A stretch of DNA of 64,000 nucleotides from contig DASTPE010000107.1 in the NCBI GenBank assembly GCA_035762345.1, positions 3,701-67,700 of the forward strand. The letters run 5' to 3'. Each line of letters starts with the position of its first letter. Within the stretch, counting starts at the first letter, position 1. The position numbers and the translations under genes were made by a program. Below the pieces are notes generated by a model. That model had not been told where the DNA came from. It did not search any database and worked only from the letters and a program-made list of their open reading frames with translations. This document shows, piece by piece, positions 36,743 to 45,273 of the stretch. Origin of the DNA: Burkholderiales bacterium. Lineage in GTDB: Bacteria; Pseudomonadota; Gammaproteobacteria; Burkholderiales; SG8-39.

Positions 36743-37587
36743 GAAAGGAGGTCGACCTCGAGAAGACGCAGCACTCCACCATCGCCGCACGCGGCGAACC
36801 ATTCGCCGTCCTCGCGGTAGGGACCGAGGCGCCCGGGGGGCGCTCGGCGCTGCGGCTCGAGCTTCGTGCGATGGATCTTCATGCCGTCCGCGAAAGCTCC
36901 CGGATATGGCGGCGCCACGGCGCGCACCAGGTTATGGATCTCGCGCGCGCTCTTCGACCAGTCGATGCGGCCGTCCTCGGGCCGGCGGCCGCCGAAATAG
37001 CTGCCGCGCGAAAGGTCCTGGGGCTTGAGGTGCGCGCTGCCGTCGAGCAGGACCGGCAGGCTGCGTCTCATGACACGCTCGGCGGCGTCGCTCACCTTGC
37101 GCATGACCTCGACCGCGAGATCGTCCGGGCCGATCGGCACGCGCTCCTGGTCGACGATGCGGCCGGCATCGGGCTTGGCGACCATTTCGTGCAGCGTGGC
37201 GCCGGTCTCGGTCTCGCCCCTGAGAACCGCCCAGTTGACCGGCGAGCGGCCGCGATACTTCGGCAGGAGCGATCCGTGCATGTTGAACGCCCCGCGCCGT
37301 GCCTGCGCAAGCAAGTCAAGCGGCAGCATGCGGCGGTAGTAGAAGGAGAAGATGAAGTCCGGGGCAGTGGCGCCGACCCTGCGCGCAAGCTCGTCCGCCG
37401 CCGGGTCCTCCACGACCTCGAGGCCGGCGCCGCGGGCGAACGCGGCGACACTCGCGAACCAGACGCGCTCGGCGGGATCGTCGCGGTGCGTGACGACCAG
37501 CGGCACCCGCACGCCGCCCTCGAGCAGCGCGCGCAGGCAGCGTACGCCTACGTCGTGATACGCGAAGACGAATGCCTTGGCTGCCAC
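36739..37587 (-). CDS. arnA: UDP-4-amino-4-deoxy-L-arabinose formyltransferase, equivalent to the ArnA N-terminal domain (stand-alone)
   Basis: FVFAYHDVG, FIFSFYYRRML, NMHGSLLPKYRGRSPVNWAVLRGETETGATLHEMV and VRAVAPPYPGAF match the ArnA formyltransferase domain. Confidence 0.9.
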   Translation of the reverse strand: MAAKAFVFAYHDVGVRCLRALLEGGVRVPLVVTHRDDPAERVWFASVAAFARGAGLEVVEDPAADELARRVGATAPDFIFSFYYRRMLPLDLLAQARRGAFNMHGSLLPKYRGRSPVNWAVLRGETETGATLHEMVAKPDAGRIVDQERVPIGPDDLAVEVMRKVSDAAERVMRRSLPVLLDGSAHLKPQDLSRGSYFGGRRPEDGRIDWSKSAREIHNLVRAVAPPYPGAFADGMKIHRTKLEPQRRAPPGRLGPYREDGEWFAACGDGGVLRLLEVDLLS

Positions 37588-38543
37588 CGCTCCGCGCCCG
37601 GCTTCGCTTCGAGGACGGCGCGCACCAGGTAGCGCGGACGGCCCCGCACCTGCTCGTAGATCCGGCCGATGTACTCGCCGGTGAACCCGATGCCGAAAAG
37701 CGTAAGGCCCATCAGGAAAAACTCGAGGATGTCGCGGTCCCAGACGTGCTCCACGGCTCCGACGGGCCCGGCGGTGGTCATCTGGTAGACGAGCACGACG
37801 GTGTACAGCGTGATCGAGCCGACCGCGACCAGCATGCCGATCGCCGCGAACATCTGCAGCGGCTTCACCGAGAATCCGGTGATCAGGTCGAAGTTGAGCT
37901 TCACCAGCCTGGCGAGCGGGTAGTGCGAGCTGCCGGCCGCGCGCCCCTCGTGGCGCACTTCGACCTCGGTCGGGTGGCGCGCGTAGATATAGGCGAGCGC
38001 GGGCACGAAGGTGTTTGCCTCCGACGACTCGTTGATGGCGTCGATTACGTTGCGCGCGTACGCGCGCAACATGCAGCCCTGGTCAGTCATGCGGATGCGG
38101 GTCAGGTTCTCGCGCAGCCGGTTCATGGCGGCAGAGGCAATGCGGCGGAATGCGCTGTCCTGGCGCTCGGTGCGGTAGCTGCCGACGTAGTCGAAGCCTT
38201 CTGCGATCTTCGCGAGGAGCTTGGGGATCTCCTCGGGCGGGTTTTGCAGGTCCGCGTCCAGCGTTACCACGGTCTCGCCGAGCGCGTGCCGGAAGCCGGC
38301 GAGGATCGCCATGTGCTGCCCAAAGTTTGCCGCGAACAGCACCACGCGGGTGACGTCGGAGCGTCGGCCGAACTGCTCGCGCAGCAGCTTGACCGAGCCG
38401 TCGCGGCTGCCGTCGTCGACCAGGATCAGCTCGTAGCTGCGCCCCAAGGCGTCGAGCGCGGGATAAAGGCGTTCGAACAGCGCCGGCAGGCCCGCTTCCT
38501 CGTTGAAGACCGGGATGACGATCGAGATTTCAGGCGCGTCCAT
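37548..38543 (-). CDS. arnC: Undecaprenyl-phosphate 4-deoxy-4-formamido-L-arabinose transferase (GT2)
   Basis: ISIVIPVFNEE, ELILVDDGSRD and LDADLQNPPEEIP GT2 motifs plus two C-terminal TM helices. Operon context. Confidence 0.85.
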   Translation of the reverse strand: MDAPEISIVIPVFNEEAGLPALFERLYPALDALGRSYELILVDDGSRDGSVKLLREQFGRRSDVTRVVLFAANFGQHMAILAGFRHALGETVVTLDADLQNPPEEIPKLLAKIAEGFDYVGSYRTERQDSAFRRIASAAMNRLRENLTRIRMTDQGCMLRAYARNVIDAINESSEANTFVPALAYIYARHPTEVEVRHEGRAAGSSHYPLARLVKLNFDLITGFSVKPLQMFAAIGMLVAVGSITLYTVVLVYQMTTAGPVGAVEHVWDRDILEFFLMGLTLFGIGFTGEYIGRIYEQVRGRPRYLVRAVLEAKPGAERWQPRHSSSRITT

Positions 38544-39666
38544 TGGACTCCTCCCGGAGTATATCCGTCATGGCACTACAAACCTTATGGAGGTCGGCAT
38601 CGCTCATGCGAGTGAAAAGCGGCAGCGTCACAGTCCGCGCGCCGATCATCTCGGCATTCGGGAAATCGCCCGGGCGGTAGCCGAGGCGGCGGTACGCGGC
38701 GAAGAGGTGCAACGCCGGGTAATGCACGCCCACGCCGATGCCGCGCGCGTGCATCGCCTCGATGAACGCGCCTCGGGTAGTGCCCGCTTTCTGGAAGTCC
38801 ACCAGCGGCGCAAACAGGTGCCAGGAGTGCCCCGGCCGGTCGGCCGCAGGCAGCCGCACGTGCTCGAGTCCGCGCAAGTGCTCGAAATAGCGGCGCGCCA
38901 GCTCGCGCCGCCGCGCGTTGAAACGCTCTAGGTGCGCGAGCTGCGCAAGGCCGATGGTGGCGCAGACGTCGGGCAGGTTGAACTTGCCGCCCGGCTCTTC
39001 CACCTCGATCTCGGCGCCCGCGAGCTTGCGGATGCCGTGGAAACGCAGCCGCTCGGCGCGCTCCACTTCCGCCGGATCGGCGAACGACAGCGCCCCGCCC
39101 TCGATGCTGGTGATGTTCTTGTTCGGATGGAAGCTGAACGCGACGAGATCGCCCTGCGCGCCGATGGCGCGCTCGCCGTAGGCCGCGCCCATGGCGTGGG
39201 CCGCGTCCTCGATCACGCGCAGGCCGCGCCGCTTCGCGAGCGCGTACACGGGCGCGAGATCGACCGGCAGCCCCGCGAAATGCACCGGCATGATCGCCCG
39301 CGTACGCGGCGTGAGCGCCGCCTCGATGCGCGCGGCGTCGGTGTTGCGGCTGTCGAGATCGACGTCGACCAGCACCGCCCGGGCGCCGGCGCGCAGCACC
39401 ACGTTCGCGCTCGCGACGAAGGTCATCGCCGGCACCACCACCTCGTCGCCCGGCCCGACCCCGGCGAGGTCGAGCGCCACTTCGAGCGCCGCCGTCGCGG
39501 AAGTGAACGCGCGCACGGGGCGGCCGCCGAACCGGGCGGACAGCGCCTGCTCAAAACGCAGTACTTGCGGCCCCGAGGTGATCCATCCTGAACGCAGCAC
39601 GTCGCCCACAGCGGCGATCGTCTGCTCGTCGATCTCGGGGCGTGCGAACGGCAGGTAAGGCGTCAC
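38530..39666 (-). CDS. arnB: UDP-4-amino-4-deoxy-L-arabinose--oxoglutarate aminotransferase (DegT/DnrJ/EryC1 family)
   Basis: ORF 38530-39753 with probable GTG start at 39666 (GTGA overlap). LPFARPEIDEQTIAAVGDVLRSGWITSGP. PLP-Lys context SFHPNKNIT. Confidence 0.85.
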   Translation of the reverse strand: MTPYLPFARPEIDEQTIAAVGDVLRSGWITSGPQVLRFEQALSARFGGRPVRAFTSATAALEVALDLAGVGPGDEVVVPAMTFVASANVVLRAGARAVLVDVDLDSRNTDAARIEAALTPRTRAIMPVHFAGLPVDLAPVYALAKRRGLRVIEDAAHAMGAAYGERAIGAQGDLVAFSFHPNKNITSIEGGALSFADPAEVERAERLRFHGIRKLAGAEIEVEEPGGKFNLPDVCATIGLAQLAHLERFNARRRELARRYFEHLRGLEHVRLPAADRPGHSWHLFAPLVDFQKAGTTRGAFIEAMHARGIGVGVHYPALHLFAAYRRLGYRPGDFPNAEMIGARTVTLPLFTRMSDADLHKVCSAMTDILREESNGRA

Positions 39667-40001
39667 GAGCGCGCGACCATGAACACGCCGACTACGATGA
39701 CGCCGATGCCGCACATGCGCAGCGGCGTGAGGTCCTCTCCGAGCCATTGCCACGCGGCGATCGCGTTGACGACGTAACCGATCGAGAGCATGGGGTAGGC
39801 GATGCTAACCGGCACCCGCGAAAGGGCTATGATCCAGATCAAAACGCTTACCACGTAGCAGGCCAGGCCGCCGAGGATGTGCGGCTCGATCGCGAGCCCG
39901 ATGCCGAGCGGCATGGCATTGGTGCCCGCCTTGAGCAGCAACTGGGCGCCGGCGTTGAGCAGCACGCCGGCGAGGATGAGCGAAAAGCTGAGCAGGGTCA
40001 T
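39663..40001 (-). CDS. arnE: Small EamA/SMR-like membrane protein, ArnE/ArnF-type flippase subunit (single copy)
   Basis: 112 aa with four TM segments. ATG 40001 overlaps the arnT stop (ATGA). Lies between arnT and arnB. Confidence 0.7.
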   Translation of the reverse strand: MTLLSFSLILAGVLLNAGAQLLLKAGTNAMPLGIGLAIEPHILGGLACYVVSVLIWIIALSRVPVSIAYPMLSIGYVVNAIAAWQWLGEDLTPLRMCGIGVIVVGVFMVARS

Positions 40002-41632
40002 GGCTTCCTCACGATCACGTAGCGCGGGCCGCGCGCCACGACGGTCATCGGTACGTCGAGCTCTCGGCGCAGCCGGTCGAAATCGCGCACCGCGAAGAAC
40101 GCATAGGCCTCGCGCTCGGAGGTCCAGGCGCGGGCGAAGGCCGCCGCGTCCGGGATGAATTTGTCGGGCTCCCACACCGTGGCCCGCTCTAGCTCGTCCT
40201 TGTAGCGCACCATCGTCACCGTGCGACCGAGCGACCACGGAATGGAGTGATCGTACGCGTCCACCGTGAAGACCGCCGCCTGCGCCGATGGCGGTCGCGG
40301 TAGGGAAGCGATCAGCGGCGCGGCGCTGTACGCGGGCGCGAGCACGACGTGACCGGCCATGCCGATCATCAACGCCGCCGCCGCGCCGATCGCGAGGCTG
40401 GCCACGGCAGCGCGCACGCGTGCACGCCAGGCGAGCACGGCGCCCGCGGCGGCGCCGGCGAGCGCTATCGCGGCGGCGGCAGCGAGCCAGGGACTGTAGC
40501 CAGAACCGAGGCCGTAATACGCATCGTCGGGCAGCGTTCCGACGTACCAGGCGACGCCGCCGATCGCCACGGCGACCCCCGCTGCGAAGAGACCTTGCGC
40601 AAAAAGCAGCCTGCGGCGCGGTTTCTCGCTCAGGAAGGCGCCGCCGAGCACGGCGAGCGCCGGGACGAGCGGCAGGATATACGGGGGCAACTTGGAGCCG
40701 GACGCCGAAAAGAAGCCGAATACAACGACGATCCACAGGCCGAGAAAGAAGGCCGGCGAGAACTCCCTGGTTGCCGGCGGGCGCAGGGCCGCAGCCCATC
40801 CAGCGACGAGCGCGAGCAGCCACGGCCACACTCCGAGCGCGAGCACCGGGAGGAAGAACCAAGGCGGCCGCTGGTGGTGATGAATGTGCGTGGTGAACCG
40901 CAGCCAGTGCTCCTGCACGAAGAAGAAGTAAGCGAACTCGGGGTTAGCGAGCGACACGGCAACGAACCAGGGCGCCGCGAGCACGAGAAAGAGAAGGCCA
41001 CCGCGCGCAAGCTCGAGGCGCCGCAGCAGCCCCCAGTCCCGGCGCCCGATCGTGTACAGCGCGATCGTGCCTAGCGGCAGCACGATGCCGATCAGCCCCT
41101 TGGTCAGCACCGCGGCTGCGCACGCCGCCCAGAATGCCAGCATCCAATGAAGCCGCTCGCCGACGGTTGCGCCGGGACGCTGCGCGAGCGCGAATGCAAA
41201 CGCTGCGGCCGAGAGGAACAAGGTGACGCCCATGTCGAGGGTATTGACCTGGCCGAGGAGCAAATAGAGCGGGCACGAGGCGACAATCGCGGCGGCGTAA
41301 GCTCCCGCAGGCGGGGAAAACAGGCGGTCCGCGGCCCCGAAGACCACGCCTACCCCCGCAAGAGCGGCGAGCCCGGCCCACAGGCGCGCGGACCAGTCGT
41401 TCACGCCGAAGACCTTGAAGGCCAAGGCGGTCATCCAGTACTGCAGCGGCGGCTTCTCGAAGTACTTGAAGCCGTTCAGGCGCGGGGTCAGCCAGTCGCC
41501 GCTCGCCACCATCTCGCGCGGGATTTCCCCGTAGCGCGCTTCGTCCGGCTTGTACAGCGGCCGCACCGCGAGCGCCGCCAGCCAGACGAGCGCGAGCGCC
41601 GCCCAAAGCACGCTAGAAGTGCGTTTCGACAT
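39998..41632 (-). CDS. arnT: Undecaprenyl phosphate-alpha-L-Ara4N:lipid A arabinosyltransferase (GT83)
   Basis: PLYKPDEARYGEIPREMVASGDWLTPRLNGFKYFEKPPLQYWM is the conserved ArnT/PMT_2 N-terminal loop. About 12 TM segments. Confidence 0.9.
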   Translation of the reverse strand: MSKRTSSVLWAALALVWLAALAVRPLYKPDEARYGEIPREMVASGDWLTPRLNGFKYFEKPPLQYWMTALAFKVFGVNDWSARLWAGLAALAGVGVVFGAADRLFSPPAGAYAAAIVASCPLYLLLGQVNTLDMGVTLFLSAAAFAFALAQRPGATVGERLHWMLAFWAACAAAVLTKGLIGIVLPLGTIALYTIGRRDWGLLRRLELARGGLLFLVLAAPWFVAVSLANPEFAYFFFVQEHWLRFTTHIHHHQRPPWFFLPVLALGVWPWLLALVAGWAAALRPPATREFSPAFFLGLWIVVVFGFFSASGSKLPPYILPLVPALAVLGGAFLSEKPRRRLLFAQGLFAAGVAVAIGGVAWYVGTLPDDAYYGLGSGYSPWLAAAAAIALAGAAAGAVLAWRARVRAAVASLAIGAAAALMIGMAGHVVLAPAYSAAPLIASLPRPPSAQAAVFTVDAYDHSIPWSLGRTVTMVRYKDELERATVWEPDKFIPDAAAFARAWTSEREAYAFFAVRDFDRLRRELDVPMTVVARGPRYVIVRKP

Positions 41633-43103
41633 AGGTGTAGATGTAGTTCGAGCCGCCGTCCACGCTGTTGAAGAGCCGCGCCGAGCCGAAGATGCCTGAG
41701 CGATGCGACACGCCCAAGCCGACGAAGGTCTCGCGCAGCTCGCGCACGCCGAAAAGATTGCCGACGCCCAGATCGATGGTCGGGTCGAGATAAAGCAGCA
41801 ACTTGGAGGTATCGCGGCCGCGCCGGTCCATGTCGCGCTGCTCGCTGAACGGAACCCGGCTTGCGTAGGAGATGCCGGCGCCGAAGCCCAGGCGGATCCG
41901 AAGCCGGTCGTCGAACCAGGGACCGGGCGAGTAGTAGGGCTTGAAATAGCCGTTCACCTGCCAGGAGTCGGGCTGCAGCCCGCGCTCCAGGTGCTTCACG
42001 AAGCCGATGAAGCCGGCGATGTCGAGCGGCCAGCCGTTCAGGCGGCGCACCAGCACCTGGCCGACGTCGAGCACCACGATGCTGGTCTCGTCCTGCGTGT
42101 TCACGGTCGTGCACTGGAGCGTGAGAATGGGCATCAGGTCGCAGTCGCTCGACTGGCCATAGCCGAGCTTCATGATGAGCGGCCGGCGCTCAAGCTCGCT
42201 CGCGTGCTCGGGCGTGAAACCGTACATGAGCCCCAGCATGAAGTGCGGCTGAGTGCCGTCGTCCACGACCGGGCTGTCCGCCACGCCGCTCGACCAGCGC
42301 GTAACTCCCGCGCCGGCGAGGATCTGCCAACGCTCGGCGAGGCGGTAGGCGGCAAGCACGCCGAGCTCCAGGTTCATTCCGGATCCTGGCTGGTACGCGG
42401 CCCGCTCCGCCGTCGCCTCCTCCGGGCGCACACCGTAGTAGTAGTTGTTAAGGTCCGCATCGCGCCAGGCGAGCGTGACGTACGGCCGCCAGCGCAGCCG
42501 CCCGCTCCACCAGCGCTCGTAGCGGTAGCCAAGGCGAATCTCCGTTCCTTCCGATTCATCGCTCACGTTTTGCATGGCTTCGCCGTACAGGACACCGGCG
42601 CCGAGGCGGTAGCGCAGCGCGACGCCGAGATCCGAGCCCAATGAGCGCTTTTCCATGCCGACCATGCTCTCGGGCACGTGGTCGCTGGCGAAGCCCTCCA
42701 GGCGCCGGCGCAGGAAAAGCTCGTAACGCGCCTGCGGGCTCTCCAGCTTCAGGCCGATCCGATCCGACTGCAGGTAGAAGTAGCGGCTGTCGTACCTGAA
42801 CTGCGGCATGAGATCGGAGTCGCGGTCGTAGCCGCGGTACGGGGACGTGGGCGCGAACGTCCATGTGAAGCCCACACCGGCTTCGCCCGGCGCGAGCACG
42901 CCGTCCAGCGGGTCGCTGGTTGCCAGGACTGCGGAAGAAAAAAGTACGGCTAATGCAGCCGAAAATCGAGCAGCGGCCCTTTGGGCACGATCTGGGTCGG
43001 GTTGATCTGCTTCATGCTGCGGTAGTAATGGTCTTTTATTTCTTTCAAGCTGGTTGTTGACTTCACTCCCGGCAGCGCGTACACGCGGCGCGTGTAGCGC
43101 CAC
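41613..43103 (-). CDS. Outer-membrane fusion protein: MipA/OmpV-like barrel plus a second PagL-like barrel (5' end unresolved)
   Basis: ORF 41613-43373. Signal-like RFSAALAVLFSSAVLATS (codons near 42968-42915). First module ends in GLMYGF and the second ends in YTYVETHF. GVSHRSG motif. Nearest canonical in-frame start that keeps the signal peptide is GTG 43103 (154-nt overlap with the GST gene). Confidence 0.6.
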   Translation of the reverse strand: MALHAPRVRAAGSEVNNQLERNKRPLLPQHEADQPDPDRAQRAAARFSAALAVLFSSAVLATSDPLDGVLAPGEAGVGFTWTFAPTSPYRGYDRDSDLMPQFRYDSRYFYLQSDRIGLKLESPQARYELFLRRRLEGFASDHVPESMVGMEKRSLGSDLGVALRYRLGAGVLYGEAMQNVSDESEGTEIRLGYRYERWWSGRLRWRPYVTLAWRDADLNNYYYGVRPEEATAERAAYQPGSGMNLELGVLAAYRLAERWQILAGAGVTRWSSGVADSPVVDDGTQPHFMLGLMYGFTPEHASELERRPLIMKLGYGQSSDCDLMPILTLQCTTVNTQDETSIVVLDVGQVLVRRLNGWPLDIAGFIGFVKHLERGLQPDSWQVNGYFKPYYSPGPWFDDRLRIRLGFGAGISYASRVPFSEQRDMDRRGRDTSKLLLYLDPTIDLGVGNLFGVRELRETFVGLGVSHRSGIFGSARLFNSVDGGSNYIYTYVETHF

Positions 43104-43846
43104 AGGTTCGGGTAGTCGACAAGGCGCCGCAGGTTGCACTTGAAATGCGAGTAGTAGACCGCGTCGAAGCGCACGAGCGTGGTGAAAAGCCGCACGTCGG
43201 CCTCGGTGAAAGAGCTGCCGCAGAGCCACTTTCGCCGTTTCATGCGCTTTTCCAGCCAGTCGAGCGTGCCGAAGAGCTGCGTCACCGCTTTCTCGTACTT
43301 GTCCTGCGCGGTGGCGAACCCCGCGCGGTAGACCCCGTTGTTGACCGTGCGGTAGATGCGTTCGTTGAGCCAATCGATTTCCCTTCTTAGTTTTTCTGGA
43401 TAGAGATCGGCGAGCTTGCGGCGCGCGAACGCGTCGAAGTCGCAGTTCAGCATGCGGATGATCTCGGAGGATTCGTTATTGACGATGCGCCGCTCTTCTT
43501 CGTCCCATAGCACGGGCACCGTGACACGTCCCGTGTAGCCCGGCTTTGCGCGGGAATAAAGCTGGTGCAGGTACTGTATTTCGCCGTCGGAGAACTCCCA
43601 GCCGTTCTCGGCCATATACGGGGCGGCGTAGAACACCGGGATGGCCTTCTCCAGCCCCTTCATCGCGCGCACGATCAGCGTGCGGTGCGCCCAGGGGCAG
43701 CTCTTCGCGACGTACAAGCGGTAGCGGCGGGCTTGCGGCTCGAGCACCCGGTCGCGGAACGCGCTTTCCGGCCTGACGAACGCCCCGCCGGTCGATTTGG
43801 TGTCGCGCGGAATGTCCTTCCACACGCCCTCTACCAGCATGCCCAT
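42950..43846 (-). CDS. yqjG: Xi-class glutathione S-transferase (glutathionyl-hydroquinone reductase, YqjG-like)
   Basis: ORF trimmed to ATG 43846. CPWAHR active-site motif. C-terminal HYYRSMKQINPTQIVPKGP parallels YqjG. Confidence 0.85.
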   Translation of the reverse strand: MGMLVEGVWKDIPRDTKSTGGAFVRPESAFRDRVLEPQARRYRLYVAKSCPWAHRTLIVRAMKGLEKAIPVFYAAPYMAENGWEFSDGEIQYLHQLYSRAKPGYTGRVTVPVLWDEEERRIVNNESSEIIRMLNCDFDAFARRKLADLYPEKLRREIDWLNERIYRTVNNGVYRAGFATAQDKYEKAVTQLFGTLDWLEKRMKRRKWLCGSSFTEADVRLFTTLVRFDAVYYSHFKCNLRRLVDYPNLWRYTRRVYALPGVKSTTSLKEIKDHYYRSMKQINPTQIVPKGPLLDFRLH

Positions 43847-43899
43847 GGGCGCGAGTATAGTGCGCACGGCAAGAAGGCTTTTTCTCGAGGAGGAGACGA

Positions 43900-44841
43900 A
43901 TGCGCTTTTTCGCAAGATTCCTGTTGCTTGCGGTAATTCCGTGCGCCGCCCTGGCGCAGGGCTGGAAGCCCAACAAGGATGTGGAGTTCGTAGTGCCCTT
44001 CGGGCTCGGCGGCGGCGCCGACCTCATGGCGCGCGTCATTCACAAAGTGATCGTGGACGAGAAGCTGGTGCCGGTGCCGATCGCGATCGTGAACAAGCCC
44101 GGGGGCGGCGGCGCCGCGGGCATCGGCTACGTGGCGGCGAGCCGCAAGGCCGACCCGCATACGCTGATCCTGATCAACGGCAGCACCCAGATCACGCCGC
44201 TCCTCAACCCGCAGGCGAAGACGTTGACCGAGGTGACGCCGGTAATGAACATGATGCTCGACGACTTCCTGCTCTTTGTGCGCGCCGACGCGCCATGGAA
44301 GAGCGCCTCCGACTTCGTGAAGGACGCGAAATCCAAACCGGCGAAGAGCGTCGCCTTCTCGACCGGCGGCACGACCGACGTGATGGCGATCACGGTGCTC
44401 TCCAAGGCGACCGGCGTGGAGTACAACACGGTAAGCTTCAACAGCGGCGGCGAGGCGCTCACCGCGCTCCTCGGCGGGCACGTGCAGGCCTCGATGGGCA
44501 ACCCGCTCGAGTTCATGGGGCAGCTGCAGGCGGGCAAGGTGCGCGCCCTCGGCGTGGTGCGCGACACGCGCTTCCCCGGCCTGAAGGACGTCCCGACATT
44601 CCAGGAGCAGGGCATCAAGACGCCGAACTTTCAGATGTGGCGCGGCATCGCCATCCCGAAGGACGCGCCGGACGCAGCGCGGGCCTACTGGGAAGGAGTG
44701 ATGACCAAGGTCAACGACTCTGCGGCAATGAAGAAGTACTACTCGGACAACGTCGCGCAAGCGGCGTCGATCCCGGGAAAGCAGTTCAACGAGTTCCTCG
44801 CGCGCCAGGAGAAGCTGTACCGGGACCTGCTCGGCAAGTAG
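43900..44841 (+). CDS. tctC: TTT substrate-binding protein TctC
   Basis: ATG behind GGAGGAGA. Signal peptide, VEFVVPFGLGGGADLMARV. Immediately followed by tctB and tctA. Confidence 0.9.
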   Translation: MRFFARFLLLAVIPCAALAQGWKPNKDVEFVVPFGLGGGADLMARVIHKVIVDEKLVPVPIAIVNKPGGGGAAGIGYVAASRKADPHTLILINGSTQITPLLNPQAKTLTEVTPVMNMMLDDFLLFVRADAPWKSASDFVKDAKSKPAKSVAFSTGGTTDVMAITVLSKATGVEYNTVSFNSGGEALTALLGGHVQASMGNPLEFMGQLQAGKVRALGVVRDTRFPGLKDVPTFQEQGIKTPNFQMWRGIAIPKDAPDAARAYWEGVMTKVNDSAAMKKYYSDNVAQAASIPGKQFNEFLARQEKLYRDLLGK

Positions 44842-45273
44842 ATGCGTCTTAGCGTCAACAGGGGCGAGCTCGTGCTCGCCCTTGTTTTTGCGGCGCTCGC
44901 GGTGTTGTGGATCGCCAGGGGTGCGACCATGCCCCTCTGGCAGGGATTTGCGCCGGACTCCGGGTTCCTTCCGCTCATCTATGGCGTGCTGCTTTTCGCA
45001 CTGGCCGCCGCCGTCGTTATTCAGCTTTTTGCCGCGAAGCATGGACTCCCCGGTGAGGCGATCCGAAAGCCGCTGGTAGTTCTCGGCGCCCTCGTCGCCG
45101 CGGTCGCCGCCCTGCCCTTCGCCGGCTTCGCCTTCTCGGTCTTCGCGCTGCTGCTCTTTCTCTATGCGGCAGTAGAGCGGCTGCCGATGCTTCCCAGCAT
45201 CGTGGTGTCGGGAGCAACCACGGGAGTGCTGTATCTGGTCTTCAAGACATGGCTCGGAGTCCCCCTGCCGTGA
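44842..45273 (+). CDS. tctB: TTT small membrane subunit TctB
   Basis: 143 aa with four TM helices. Starts on the base after the tctC stop. Confidence 0.8.
   Translation: MRLSVNRGELVLALVFAALAVLWIARGATMPLWQGFAPDSGFLPLIYGVLLFALAAAVVIQLFAAKHGLPGEAIRKPLVVLGALVAAVAALPFAGFAFSVFALLLFLYAAVERLPMLPSIVVSGATTGVLYLVFKTWLGVPLP

Noticed and set aside
41613-43373. Using the first start of the ORF track (43373) for the OMP fusion.
   Set aside because: It would overlap the well-supported GST gene by more than 420 nt and add ~135 non-protein-like residues. GTG 43103 or a non-canonical start is more plausible (see findings).
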